Source: Candidatus Magasanikbacteria bacterium RIFCSPLOWO2_12_FULL_43_12
GTDB taxonomy: Bacteria; Patescibacteriota; Patescibacteriia; Magasanikbacterales; UBA922
Assembly (NCBI GenBank): GCA_001783065.1
Contig: MFQN01000007.1
Span: 1 to 53,676, forward strand
DNA: 53,676 nt
Direction: 5' to 3'
The position numbers and the translations under genes are program-made. Positions 1 through 9,711 of this stretch are shown piece by piece (the first letter of the stretch is position 1; every line of letters begins with the position of its first letter). A model generated the notes under the pieces. The model saw nothing but the letters and a program-made list of their open reading frames with translations, searched no databases and was not told the DNA's origin.

Positions 1-241
1 CGCGCAGTTCTTTAAAATTGTAAATCTCGCCATTGAATACAACCGCTATTTTATGTTCCGCGTCCCACATCGGCTGACGACCGCGCGGAGACAGATCAAT
101 AATTGCCAAACGATCATGCCCTAAAGAAAAACCCTCGCCAACCCAAATATCACTATCATCCGGACCACGGTGAGAAATTACCCGGTTCATCTTGGTTATC
201 AGCTCTGGATTTTTAAAATTGAAGCCGTTAATGCCGCACAT
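1..241 (-). CDS. asnB: asparagine synthase (glutamine-hydrolysing), N-terminal fragment; the gene runs off the window start
   Basis: Not in the ORF track because it is truncated. My minus-strand translation from the ATG at 241-239 reads MCGINGFNFKNPELITKMNRVISHRGPDDSDIWVGEGFSLGHDRLAIIDLSPRGRQPMWDAEHKIAVVFNGEIYNFKELR. The Met-Cys-Gly start and RLAIIDLS are typical of the class-II glutamine amidotransferase domain of AsnB. Confidence 0.75.
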   Translation of the reverse strand, partial: MCGINGFNFKNPELITKMNRVISHRGPDDSDIWVGEGFSLGHDRLAIIDLSPRGRQPMWDAEHKIAVVFNGEIYNFKELR

Positions 242-267
242 ACTTGGAAATTTACAATTTTCAATTT

Positions 268-1416
268 TCAATTTACAATTTTCAAAAAATTTATAATTTC
301 TTCCGCTCGTTTATCCCAGGTATAGTTCTGCGCCTTTAAATACGCTGTTTCGGCTTTTTTAGCGGCCACAGCCGGATTATCAAACGAGGATTTAATGCCT
401 TCGGCTAATGATTGTGAATCGTCTGGTTTGAAAAAAATCGCGATTTCTTCAGTCAAAATCTCCCGCAATGAGGGTAAATCCGAAGCGATAATCGGCCTGC
501 GGCTGGCCATATATTCAAAAAGCTTCAAGGGCGATGTGTAACGAGCGGATATTGTTGATTTGGCGCTGTTTGGCAAAACCAGTACGTCTGCCGCGCAGAG
601 GTATGCTGGTATTTCTCCAGCTGGACGATGACCAACAATCAATCCATTCTCCGCCTGATTGCTTTGCGCTTTCTTTCTAAAATTAGCAACGTCAACGTTT
701 GTCCCGCCCACAAATATCAACAAACACTCTGGCAACAATTTAGCCGCGCCCAACAAAGTATCGGCGCCCTTCCAATCATAGAGATGACCGGCGTATAAAA
801 CAATTCTCCTATTCAATGGCAGATTTAATCGCTTACGGCAGTAGATTTTAGAATCGCTAATGCTAAACACTTTTAAATCAACCGCGTCCGGCGCGACTAA
901 AATCCGTTCAGCGGAAAATCCCAAAGCGATAAAATCGTCTTTGAGACCACGCGTGATTACTGCTAAATTGTTAATTTTTTTCAACCAATGCCGGTAAAGC
1001 GCGTTCGGTCTTTTCGGCAAATTATGCGCCTCATACGTTATTCTATTATTTGGACCTAAAAAGGCGATATTGCCTAACTCGCGAGTATAAATTGATCCGG
1101 AAAAATCTTTCAAATGTTTTTTTACTGACCACGCAAAACTTAACGCTTCCACCCAATAAGCGATTCGTCCAAGCCATGCCGCGCGGCTGATTAAATCAAT
1201 GCAAGGTAACTTATTTAAAATAAAATTTTTCTTGATCCCGTAATAATTAAAAATATCGTCTTTTATTGAATTAAGACGGTTGGGCGCCATCAGCTCCACT
1301 TCTAAACCTTGTTCTGCCAAAGCTTCGCACATTTTTGCGACCTGAATACCATGCGCTTTTTCCGTCGGCAAGCGAATATTGGCAAGATAAATTATTTTCT
1401 CTCTAATCACGCTCAT
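268..1416 (-). CDS. glycosyltransferase, GT4-like (GT-B fold)
   Basis: 382-aa ORF. The C-terminal half has GHLYDWKGADTLL and SPLKLFEYMASRRPIIASD (an E-x7-E-type motif), typical of group-1 glycosyltransferases. It ends in TGA. Confidence 0.8.
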   Translation of the reverse strand: MSVIREKIIYLANIRLPTEKAHGIQVAKMCEALAEQGLEVELMAPNRLNSIKDDIFNYYGIKKNFILNKLPCIDLISRAAWLGRIAYWVEALSFAWSVKKHLKDFSGSIYTRELGNIAFLGPNNRITYEAHNLPKRPNALYRHWLKKINNLAVITRGLKDDFIALGFSAERILVAPDAVDLKVFSISDSKIYCRKRLNLPLNRRIVLYAGHLYDWKGADTLLGAAKLLPECLLIFVGGTNVDVANFRKKAQSNQAENGLIVGHRPAGEIPAYLCAADVLVLPNSAKSTISARYTSPLKLFEYMASRRPIIASDLPSLREILTEEIAIFFKPDDSQSLAEGIKSSFDNPAVAAKKAETAYLKAQNYTWDKRAEEIINFLKIVN

Positions 1417-1417
1417 A

Positions 1418-2767
1418 TCAAAAAAACGACTTAAGCCTCATGATTATCTTATCCACGCTCATAAAAACATCAATCAGACTGATAAATAGCAAGCTGGCCG
1501 CGGGAAATAAAAAGACCTTTTCTTTCCACCAATTTCTCTTATTCAGCCAATAGATAATTGCGTAAGCGCCAAATATGGCCAAAAACGGATAAACTTGGAA
1601 ACGATAACGCGATTGCACGACCGTAATTAACAGCGGCAGAGGCGCGGTGATTGCCAAAATTATTAAATAATAATACAACGGCTTTTTCTGGCGCGCCGCC
1701 AAAAATACGCCGCTCCAACCGCTAATGAACAATAGAGCGATAAAAATTCCGGAAAGCCCGCTAAAAAACGCCTGCGACAGACCGGTTTGATAAAACCAAA
1801 AACCCATCGGGCGAATCAAACTAAAATAGCGTGTAAAACGAATTAAAGTAAGTTTTATGAAATTAATCGGATGTTGAAAAACAAAATTTTTAAATTCCTG
1901 ATTGGCTTTTTCTTTCACTTCGGAAAATCCGCGTTCCGCGGCAAAATCATTCCAGGGATTATAATTGCCAACCCATTGTCCACCGTCGGAAGTGGCGGTA
2001 TTGCCAAGCCAAATGTTATACTGGCCGATAAGCGTGGTCGGGATAAATTGATTGTATATCTTCCAATTGCGCCAGGTCCATGGAGTCATGAGGACAATCA
2101 TTACCAGCAAGCAGACAGACAATGCCAAATAATTTTTCCTGATTAAATAAAACCCAAAAATTACCGGGACAAATAAAACCACGGTTGGGCGGCTATAAAT
2201 GGATAACGCCAGCGCGGCGGCTAGAAAAAAAGCCAAAAACAGCGAACTGCTTTTTTCAAATACCAGCAAAAAGATATAAAAAACCAAAGTAATGGTAAAT
2301 AAATAAAGCGTCTCGGTCATCAGCATGGCGGAAATTTCTATTAAATCCGGATGTAAACCGAAAATTAATGCGGCAACCAAACCAATACTTCGTCCTGATT
2401 CCAAAAAAACTTTTTGACAGATTTTAAAAATCAACCACGCAGTCAAAACGTGTAACAACGCCTGGATTACCCAAACCGCTTCATAATGATGGCCAAAAAC
2501 CGCGTAAATTCCCGCTAATAAATATTCGTAAGCCGGCCCGGCGCGTTGAATAGCGCGATCAAACAAAATCGGCGTGTCACTTCCCTGCTCTTTAAACCCG
2601 CTACCAGCTAAAATATTCAAAGCAATGCTATTATATGCTTTGGCATCTGCAACCAGTTCAATCTTGTAATAGAACGAATAAAAAATTGAAGCTAAAAAAA
2701 TTATTGCCATGGCAATCGGCACAATACATTTTTTATCAGCCAAATTATTCAATTTATCTAAAACCAT
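1418..2767 (-). CDS. polytopic membrane glycosyltransferase, ArnT/PMT-like (GT-C)
   Basis: 449-aa ORF that is almost entirely hydrophobic spans and sits among GT genes. The family assignment rests on architecture only. Confidence 0.55.
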   Translation of the reverse strand: MVLDKLNNLADKKCIVPIAMAIIFLASIFYSFYYKIELVADAKAYNSIALNILAGSGFKEQGSDTPILFDRAIQRAGPAYEYLLAGIYAVFGHHYEAVWVIQALLHVLTAWLIFKICQKVFLESGRSIGLVAALIFGLHPDLIEISAMLMTETLYLFTITLVFYIFLLVFEKSSSLFLAFFLAAALALSIYSRPTVVLFVPVIFGFYLIRKNYLALSVCLLVMIVLMTPWTWRNWKIYNQFIPTTLIGQYNIWLGNTATSDGGQWVGNYNPWNDFAAERGFSEVKEKANQEFKNFVFQHPINFIKLTLIRFTRYFSLIRPMGFWFYQTGLSQAFFSGLSGIFIALLFISGWSGVFLAARQKKPLYYYLIILAITAPLPLLITVVQSRYRFQVYPFLAIFGAYAIIYWLNKRNWWKEKVFLFPAASLLFISLIDVFMSVDKIIMRLKSFF

Positions 2768-2775
2768 AAAAAATG

Positions 2776-3969
2776 TTATTCCGAAAGTAATTTTGACAAC
2801 ACCGAAACAATTTTTTCCTCGCTGAATTCTTTTTGCGCGAAATTACAAGCGTTATTGGATAATTCTGTCCTGACTTTAACATCTGCCAACCGCAAGATCT
2901 TTTCCGTGAAAGACTCCGCGGTATCAGCCAACAACACCTCTTTACCGTCTCGTAAATCATACCCACCCAAACAATTGCTCGGAATTACCATTGGAAAGGC
3001 CCTGGCTAACGTTTCAAACACTTTGCCTTTCATGGTTTTACCAGTCATTACCGGAAAAACTCCCGCATCCATATTTTGCATAAAACTTTCTAAATCCGGC
3101 ACATAACCTTCATAAATTAGGCCATTCCGGCAACGTTGCGCCAAGTCCGTCGGCAATTTAGAGCCGCAGATATGAAACTTAAATTTCCCCGGAGAGCGCG
3201 CTAAAACCCGCGGAGCGATTTCGCCAATCAGCCGCTCTGCGCCGCGCCGATGGAAAATGACATTATAACTCGCGCCAAGATAAAATAAATCCAAACATTC
3301 TTTATTGCTGTGAATATTTGGCTGGCGCAGTGATTCCGGTAAAAAAAGCAAAGTAAGAATTTCCACGCCGGATGCTTTCCATTTTTTATAAATATTTACT
3401 TGTTCAAAAGGCAGAGCGCCAACTTTATCGGCATTTTTTATCGCTAAATATTCCCCGCGATATTTACATAACACCCTTAACCAATTCAGCGGATTAAGTT
3501 TCTGGTTTAAATTCAATGACTCCCAAAAAAAACTGGATTCAAAATTATGCGACCGAAAAACACTTTTTATGCCGTTCTGACGAGCGCATTTCAATACCGG
3601 CCAAGAATACGAGCAGAAACTAAAGATAAAATCTGGATGATAACTGCGCAGATATTTCAAAAAAACATTATCACGACAAAGCTGGTCAAAGACATACGCC
3701 GCGCCGTCAAGCAAAGAAGGTTCTAATAATACCCGTTTAAAACGCCGCCAATTATTTTTAAGGGGCAAAAAGGTCCGCAAATCTATTCCATAATCACTCG
3801 CGACTGATTTTAAAACCAATAAATCTTGCGCGCGGCTGCCAATCGTATATAACGCAACTTTGTAATTCATTTTTTGAAAAATAGCGATGCTTGCATAAAT
3901 ATCGCGCTGGGCGGCGCCGGCATTTTTGAAATGACAGGCGGGCGTGATAATAAGAATTTTTTTAGGCAT
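2776..3969 (-). CDS. glycosyltransferase, GT-B type
   Basis: 397-aa ORF. N-terminal KILIITPACHFKNAGAAQRD and C-terminal GVFPVMTGKTMKGKVFETLARAFPMVI resemble group-1 GTs. Confidence 0.6.
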   Translation of the reverse strand: MPKKILIITPACHFKNAGAAQRDIYASIAIFQKMNYKVALYTIGSRAQDLLVLKSVASDYGIDLRTFLPLKNNWRRFKRVLLEPSLLDGAAYVFDQLCRDNVFLKYLRSYHPDFIFSFCSYSWPVLKCARQNGIKSVFRSHNFESSFFWESLNLNQKLNPLNWLRVLCKYRGEYLAIKNADKVGALPFEQVNIYKKWKASGVEILTLLFLPESLRQPNIHSNKECLDLFYLGASYNVIFHRRGAERLIGEIAPRVLARSPGKFKFHICGSKLPTDLAQRCRNGLIYEGYVPDLESFMQNMDAGVFPVMTGKTMKGKVFETLARAFPMVIPSNCLGGYDLRDGKEVLLADTAESFTEKILRLADVKVRTELSNNACNFAQKEFSEEKIVSVLSKLLSE

Positions 3970-3974
3970 GCAAA

Positions 3975-5657
3975 TTAAAACAATTTTATTATCTTAATCT
4001 CCGGACCCAAACTGGACGAATAAAAAAGCTCTTTCAACCCGTCGCCAAAACCGTCTGGAATGCGCTCATTTCCAATAACACCGTTTTCCGACCCTGCAAA
4101 AGTCAATGCCTCCTCACCCGGAGCGCCGACCAAAGATAGCGCGCCCTTGGCAATGGCAAAAGCCGGACTATAGATTAGATATTGATAATTATTTCGCGAA
4201 AGATACTCGGACAAACCGCTAAAAAAAATTTTATCTCCAACCGTATAAAGATTTAGGGCATTAAATTTTTGTTCAAGTTGTTTTCCCAATTTAGCTTCAG
4301 CGCGGTCAACATTGCGTAAAGATGCCGAATCAATATTTTCTTGCTCTTGCAGATTTTCCGGCGTGGTTGGCAGGCGCATCAGAGGCGTCAAAACCGCAAC
4401 TTTGGCGTCAGCCGATACATTTGCCACAGCCCAATTTATCGCCTGCTCCCGCGTATCATTTTTAATTAATAAATAATTAAATCGTAAAATGGGAATAGCC
4501 AACAAAACGCAAACAACCACCACGATTGTCAAACGCAACGGCCTAACCGATATTCGATCCGCAACTTGAGCCAAACCATAACCGGAGCTAACCGCCAAGA
4601 ACGGATAGAGTGGTAGAATAAAACGGTCAACGTAGCCAAAAAATAAATAAAAAATGGCAAGATAAAAAAAGAAAAAACTCGCAAATACCAGAGCCTTGCG
4701 CCGCTCAACCAAAAACATAGATAACAAACCCACAGTGGCAAAAAGCAAAAATAATGGCTCAATGCGAATTAAATTTGCAATGTAAAAACCAAAAAAATCA
4801 ACTAAACCAATCAAATCTTTGGTGGCGCCGGCTGAAGTGATATTTCCCACACTAAGCAAGTAACCATAACCGCGCGGCCAAAGAACAAAAGCAAATCCAA
4901 AAAGTGAGAAAAATATTCCGCCTGCCTGCCAAAACCATTTTTGCCGTAATAATTTTACAATCGGTTGATAATCAAAAATAAAAAACCAAAGTATAACCAA
5001 TACCCCAAAAATCATCATTTGGACATTCATCCCTACGCCGATGCCCATTAGCAAAGCAACCCATAAATAACGTTTTGAAACGGTCAGGCCGCGATTAGCC
5101 AAAATATAAATACCGAGCGTGTAAAAAAAAGTCACTGCCGTCCAATGCCTGGCCCAATGCGAATAACTAACGGGCAAAAAACTTAAAGCCAAAAACAGAG
5201 CGGACAACAGGGCAATTCTTTTTTTCTGGAACATCTGCCGGGCGGCGGCGTAAACGAAATAAACGGTTGCTAAACCAAAAACAGCGCTTATGACGCGGGC
5301 GGTAATAAAAAAAACAGACGGATCGGCGATTAAATAATTTTTAAACTGTTCAAATGTTCCGGAGAAAAATAAAAATTTAATTCCTGCCACCAAGATAAAA
5401 GGCAAGATATACAGATAAGAAAGATAAGGCGTGTAATGGAACGTGCCAACAAACTCATCAGCGTGAAGTACTGGCAAAAGTGTTTTTAACTCTATCATTT
5501 TTAACGCTCCGAATATATGCGACGGCTCATCCCCCACCAACCATAGAGGCAAACCGTAATCAAGACCGACAAAACGGACAATCGCGGCAAAAGCTAAAAT
5601 AATAATTAAATAAAAATGCTCTTTCCATTGCGGAACTAACAATTTGGGATTGAACAT
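3975..5657 (-). CDS. membrane glycosyltransferase, family 39/83-like (ArnT/PMT)
   Basis: 560-aa ORF. It has a multi-span N-terminal region with an acidic first-loop motif (LWLVGDEPSH) and a soluble C-terminal domain, which is the GT-C layout. Confidence 0.6.
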   Translation of the reverse strand: MFNPKLLVPQWKEHFYLIIILAFAAIVRFVGLDYGLPLWLVGDEPSHIFGALKMIELKTLLPVLHADEFVGTFHYTPYLSYLYILPFILVAGIKFLFFSGTFEQFKNYLIADPSVFFITARVISAVFGLATVYFVYAAARQMFQKKRIALLSALFLALSFLPVSYSHWARHWTAVTFFYTLGIYILANRGLTVSKRYLWVALLMGIGVGMNVQMMIFGVLVILWFFIFDYQPIVKLLRQKWFWQAGGIFFSLFGFAFVLWPRGYGYLLSVGNITSAGATKDLIGLVDFFGFYIANLIRIEPLFLLFATVGLLSMFLVERRKALVFASFFFFYLAIFYLFFGYVDRFILPLYPFLAVSSGYGLAQVADRISVRPLRLTIVVVVCVLLAIPILRFNYLLIKNDTREQAINWAVANVSADAKVAVLTPLMRLPTTPENLQEQENIDSASLRNVDRAEAKLGKQLEQKFNALNLYTVGDKIFFSGLSEYLSRNNYQYLIYSPAFAIAKGALSLVGAPGEEALTFAGSENGVIGNERIPDGFGDGLKELFYSSSLGPEIKIIKLF

Positions 5658-5661
5658 AAAA

Positions 5662-6219
5662 TCAAAAAATATCCGATTCCGGCGTTTTTAGCCATTCCGC
5701 CAAAACGCGCGCGCTTTTGTCGCGAGCAGAAAGAATAGGATCTTTTATCGGCCAATCAATGCCAACCGCCGGGTCGTTCCAAATGATGTTAGACTCTCCG
5801 GTTGGATTATATAAAGCCGTGTAAAGATATTCTACTTCGGCCACTTCTCCAGTCACCACGAAACCGCAAGCAAACCCTGCCGGCGCGTAAAGCGACTTCT
5901 TGTTTTCAGCGCTTAATTCCAAACTGAACCATCTACCCAAGGTGGTTGATTTTTTTCTAATATCAACCGCGACCATAAAAGCCTTTCCGTTGATAACTCT
6001 GATTAATTTCCCCAATGGCTTATCCCATTGAAAATGCAAACCTCTGACAACACCCTGCCGCGAAAAACTCTGATTCTGTTGGACGAATTTGCCAACGGTT
6101 ATGCCGACCGCGGCAAACGCATCTTCACGATACGCTTCCATCAAAAAACCCCGCTCATCTCCTTTCACTTCGGGGCTAACGACATAAAGGCCGGAAATGG
6201 CCGTTGGTTCTATATTCAT
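5662..6219 (-). CDS. rfbC: dTDP-4-dehydrorhamnose 3,5-epimerase
   Basis: 185 aa. GDERGFLMEAY, VRGLHFQ and the overall cupin pattern are typical of RmlC. Confidence 0.9.
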   Translation of the reverse strand: MNIEPTAISGLYVVSPEVKGDERGFLMEAYREDAFAAVGITVGKFVQQNQSFSRQGVVRGLHFQWDKPLGKLIRVINGKAFMVAVDIRKKSTTLGRWFSLELSAENKKSLYAPAGFACGFVVTGEVAEVEYLYTALYNPTGESNIIWNDPAVGIDWPIKDPILSARDKSARVLAEWLKTPESDIF

Positions 6220-6231
6220 ACCTTTTTATTA

Positions 6232-7275
6232 CTAATACCACTGCGCCTTTGATTGCTTTTCGTAATGGTCATGATATTCCCTGCGTTCTTTGATTTTCTT
6301 CCACCACGTTTGATTTTCCATGTACCACTTTACCACATTGCTCAAGTCATTTTCTACGCTATGAACCGGCCGCCAGCCTAATTTGCTTTTTAATTTATCA
6401 GCGCTGACTGCGTATCTGGTGTCAGCGCCCGGACGGTCGCCAACGTGCTCGCTGTGTTCCTTCAAATCAACTCCGAGATGACCGGCGATCATCCGTAAAA
6501 TTTCTAAATTAGTTTTTTCTTCGCCGGAAATATTGTAAATTTCAAAATCCGGAGCTTGGTGTATAACCAAATCTAAAGCGCGGCAAAAATCAATAACATG
6601 CAACCAACTGCGGATATGCTCGCCATGACCGTGGATTGGAATTCTTCTTCCTTCCAAGATATTGCTAATGGCCAATGGAATAAGTTTTTCCGGATATTGA
6701 AAAGAGCCGTAATTGTTTGAACCGCGGACAATCAGCGCCGGCACCTTATGAGTGCGAATAAATGATTGGACAATCAAATCCGCGGCTGATTTGGAAGAAG
6801 AATACGGATTGGATGGTCGAAGCGGCGAGTCTTCATCCGAATATCCGCTGTCCACCGAACCATAAATTTCATCGGTAGAGATGTGAACCAAACGCGGCAC
6901 ACTGTATGTCCGCACCGCCTCGATTAGCGCGCGTGCTCCGCCGATATTAGTATGAATAAAATCCGTCATGCTAATAATTGATCTGTCAACATGAGTCTCG
7001 GCGGCAAAATTCACCACCAAATGGAAATTATGCCGTTGAAAAATCATATTCAAAAGCCGGTCATCAGCGATATCGCCATAAATAAACTGATAACGGCGGT
7101 CGGCGGTTTTTAAATTAGCTTCTGATTCTTCAATATCGGAAAGATTATCTAGATTCCCGGCGTAAGTCAGCAAATCAAGATTGAAGATGCGATATTCCGG
7201 ATATTTCTGATATAAATATCTGACAAAATTTGAACCCATAAAACCATAGCCTCCGGTAATCAGAATATTTTTCAT
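6232..7275 (-). CDS. rfbB: dTDP-glucose 4,6-dehydratase
   Basis: 347 aa. It has ITGGYGFMGSNF (a Rossmann motif), STDEIYGS and YSSSKSAAD (YxxxK), with RmlB-like length and order. Confidence 0.9.
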   Translation of the reverse strand: MKNILITGGYGFMGSNFVRYLYQKYPEYRIFNLDLLTYAGNLDNLSDIEESEANLKTADRRYQFIYGDIADDRLLNMIFQRHNFHLVVNFAAETHVDRSIISMTDFIHTNIGGARALIEAVRTYSVPRLVHISTDEIYGSVDSGYSDEDSPLRPSNPYSSSKSAADLIVQSFIRTHKVPALIVRGSNNYGSFQYPEKLIPLAISNILEGRRIPIHGHGEHIRSWLHVIDFCRALDLVIHQAPDFEIYNISGEEKTNLEILRMIAGHLGVDLKEHSEHVGDRPGADTRYAVSADKLKSKLGWRPVHSVENDLSNVVKWYMENQTWWKKIKERREYHDHYEKQSKAQWY

Positions 7276-7284
7276 ATTGAATGT

Positions 7285-8226
7285 TTATTTAGCAAATTTT
7301 TTGAACCAATCAATGGTTTCGATTAGTCCGGACGATAATGTGTGGGTCGGACGCCAGGCAAAATTCGCGCAGGTCTTGCTCAAATCAGCCTGCCAAAACT
7401 CATTGTCGTAAGCCACGCTCTTAAACGCGCCCCAGTTAATTCTACTCTTGGATCCGGTAATTTTCAATACCTCGTTAACTACAGATTCCAGAGTGATCGC
7501 TTGGCCGCTGCCAGCGTTAAAAATTTCTCCTTGATAATTTTTTGCCTTATCTTTCGCCTCTAACAGCAACTCTATCAAATCCTCCACAAAAATAAAATCA
7601 CGAGCAACCTTTGGTTGAGTCAAACTAATTTCTTCGTTGCGCAGAGCGCGAGTAATTACCTCGTAAATCAATCGCCCCGGCTGAACCGCCGGCCCGTACG
7701 GAGTAAATAGACGAAACGTTATGATTGGCTTGTTATCGCGCCGAGCGACAGCTTGCCCATACAAGGTCGCCGCGAGTTTAGTGATACTGTAAAGTTCTGG
7801 CGGCGCGCAAAGCTCGCTCTCTTTGATCGGACCAGACTTCGGTCCATATTCTAAAAAACTGCCCAGATTGATAAAAAAATCGTAATTTATCCCGCCCAAC
7901 GCCTGCAACAAATTCCGTGTGCCTAAAATATTTGTCTCTGCTACTTCGCTATCTTCCGCGGTTACTCCGCTCTGGATGTTGGAAGCCGCCAAATGAAAGA
8001 CTCCTTGCGGTCTGATTTCTTCCAGCTCGCGCTTAAGACCGTCAAAATCAAGTAAATCCGCGCGGCAACAAGTGATTTTCGGCAGTAATTCCTGTATTCT
8101 CGCCAGATTGGTAGAGGGTTTAACCAAAACGCAAACTTGGCGTCCATCCGCCACCAGCCTCTTTACTAAATTAGACCCGATGAAACCCGCCGCTCCGGTA
8201 ACTAAAATAGCGTTTAACTTCTCCAT
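7285..8226 (-). CDS. NAD-dependent sugar epimerase/reductase (extended SDR)
   Basis: 313 aa. It has VTGAAGFIGSNLV and YSITKLAAT (YxxxK). Substrate is unknown; it could serve as the 4-reductase partner of rfbB/rfbC. Confidence 0.75.
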   Translation of the reverse strand: MEKLNAILVTGAAGFIGSNLVKRLVADGRQVCVLVKPSTNLARIQELLPKITCCRADLLDFDGLKRELEEIRPQGVFHLAASNIQSGVTAEDSEVAETNILGTRNLLQALGGINYDFFINLGSFLEYGPKSGPIKESELCAPPELYSITKLAATLYGQAVARRDNKPIITFRLFTPYGPAVQPGRLIYEVITRALRNEEISLTQPKVARDFIFVEDLIELLLEAKDKAKNYQGEIFNAGSGQAITLESVVNEVLKITGSKSRINWGAFKSVAYDNEFWQADLSKTCANFAWRPTHTLSSGLIETIDWFKKFAK

Positions 8227-8230
8227 AGCC

Positions 8231-9004
8231 TTAATTATTCTCCGTTTTTTCTTTAATTCTAAATTGCGGATAAGATTTTATTCCGGACTTGTGCAACAAA
8301 AACCGCCAAATTACTTGGAGGGTCATTAATCCATATTCAACGCTCTTGTAAAAATTCGGCGACTGCGAATCAGCGGAATAGCGAGTTGGAATGGGAATTT
8401 CCGCCACGCGAAAATGCCCCAAATTAATTTCCGCGAACATTTCCGTGTCAAAAACATAATTGTCGGAATTATGCGCAAATGGTATGCGCGCCAGCAACTC
8501 GCGGCCATAAGCTCGGTAACCGGTGTGATACTCGGTCAAACCAAGCTTGAAAAAAGCGCCTTCCAACAGAGTCAGAGCTTTATTGGCAGCAAACCGCCAC
8601 CACGGCATTCCACCCCGGCGCGCGTCACCGGGATTGTGCATTCTGGAACCAAAACAAACATCGGCCTCGCCATTGGCAACTTTTTCCGCCATGGGCTTGA
8701 CCAAAGTCGGATCATATTGAAAATCCGAATGCACCATCACCACCACATCCGCGCCCATCTCCAACGCGGCCTGATATCCGGTTTTTTGCGCCGCGCCATA
8801 ACCGCGATTATGCGGATGCTGTATCAAATGTAAATTATTTCTTCTGACAATCTCCGCTGTCTTATCTTTACAGCCGTCATCCACCACAATTATTTCATCA
8901 ACCGCGTCCCGCGGAATGGCGTCAATCGTCTTTTGAATCGTCCTCTCGGTATTATAGGCCGGGATGAAAACTGCGATCTTTTTGTTGTTAATCATACCTT
9001 GCAA
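8231..9004 (-). CDS. glycosyltransferase family 2
   Basis: 257 aa. VFIPAYNTERTI and VVDDGCKDKT (a DxD region) are typical of GT2. Confidence 0.8.
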   Translation of the reverse strand: MQGMINNKKIAVFIPAYNTERTIQKTIDAIPRDAVDEIIVVDDGCKDKTAEIVRRNNLHLIQHPHNRGYGAAQKTGYQAALEMGADVVVMVHSDFQYDPTLVKPMAEKVANGEADVCFGSRMHNPGDARRGGMPWWRFAANKALTLLEGAFFKLGLTEYHTGYRAYGRELLARIPFAHNSDNYVFDTEMFAEINLGHFRVAEIPIPTRYSADSQSPNFYKSVEYGLMTLQVIWRFLLHKSGIKSYPQFRIKEKTENN

Positions 9005-9012
9005 AATAAAAA

Positions 9013-9711
9013 TTAAACGAACAAATTATATTTAACTATCGCATAAAGCGCGCTAAAACCGTCTTTCCAGCCAATCTTTTTGCCTTCCTCGTAGGTGCGG
9101 CCGCTGTAAGAAATTCCCACTTCATAAATACGCAATTTCTTCTGCGCTATCCGAGCGGTTATTTCCGGTTCAATGGTAAAACGGTTGGACTTAAGGGTGG
9201 GAAGAATTTTTCGCAAAGCTTCTTTGGTAAAAGCCTTATAGCAAGTTTCCATGTCGGTCAAATTTATTCCGGTAAACATGTTGGATAATATAGTCAACAA
9301 TCTATTACCGACAAAATGCCAAAAAAACAATACCCGATGCGGACGGTCGCCGATAAACCGCGAGCCATAAACCACGTCTGCCATGCCGTCAATCAACGGC
9401 TGTAATAAATATTTGTATTCGCGGGGGTTATACTCTAAATCCGCATCTTGAATAATTATAAAATCGCCGCTTGTTTCGGCAAAACCGCGCCTAATCGCGG
9501 CTCCTTTACCTTGGTTGATTGGCTGTAAATAAACTTTAAAATCTTCGGATGATAAATTCTTTAAAACATCGCGAGTGCCGTCGGTTGACCCATCATCAAC
9601 CACGATAAGCTCTTTTTCTAAACTGCCGACATCAGCCAATTTCACCACATTTAACAAATCAGCCACGGTTTTGGCTTCATTATACACGGGGATGACTACT
9701 GATAATTTCAT
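9013..9711 (-). CDS. glycosyltransferase family 2 (polyprenyl-phosphate sugar transferase-like)
   Basis: 232 aa. It has VVIPVYNEAKTV, VVDDGSTDGT and IIQDADLEY, with DPM1/GtrB-like size. Confidence 0.8.
   Translation of the reverse strand: MKLSVVIPVYNEAKTVADLLNVVKLADVGSLEKELIVVDDGSTDGTRDVLKNLSSEDFKVYLQPINQGKGAAIRRGFAETSGDFIIIQDADLEYNPREYKYLLQPLIDGMADVVYGSRFIGDRPHRVLFFWHFVGNRLLTILSNMFTGINLTDMETCYKAFTKEALRKILPTLKSNRFTIEPEITARIAQKKLRIYEVGISYSGRTYEEGKKIGWKDGFSALYAIVKYNLFV

Noticed and set aside
1871-2146. Numerous short plus-strand ORFs antisense to the minus-strand glycan and housekeeping genes (for example 1871-2146, 8414-8833, 13624-13992 and 24340-24729).
   Set aside because: Each lies fully inside a longer ORF on the opposite strand that has clear family motifs. 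Their translations are low-complexity and without start-site signals.
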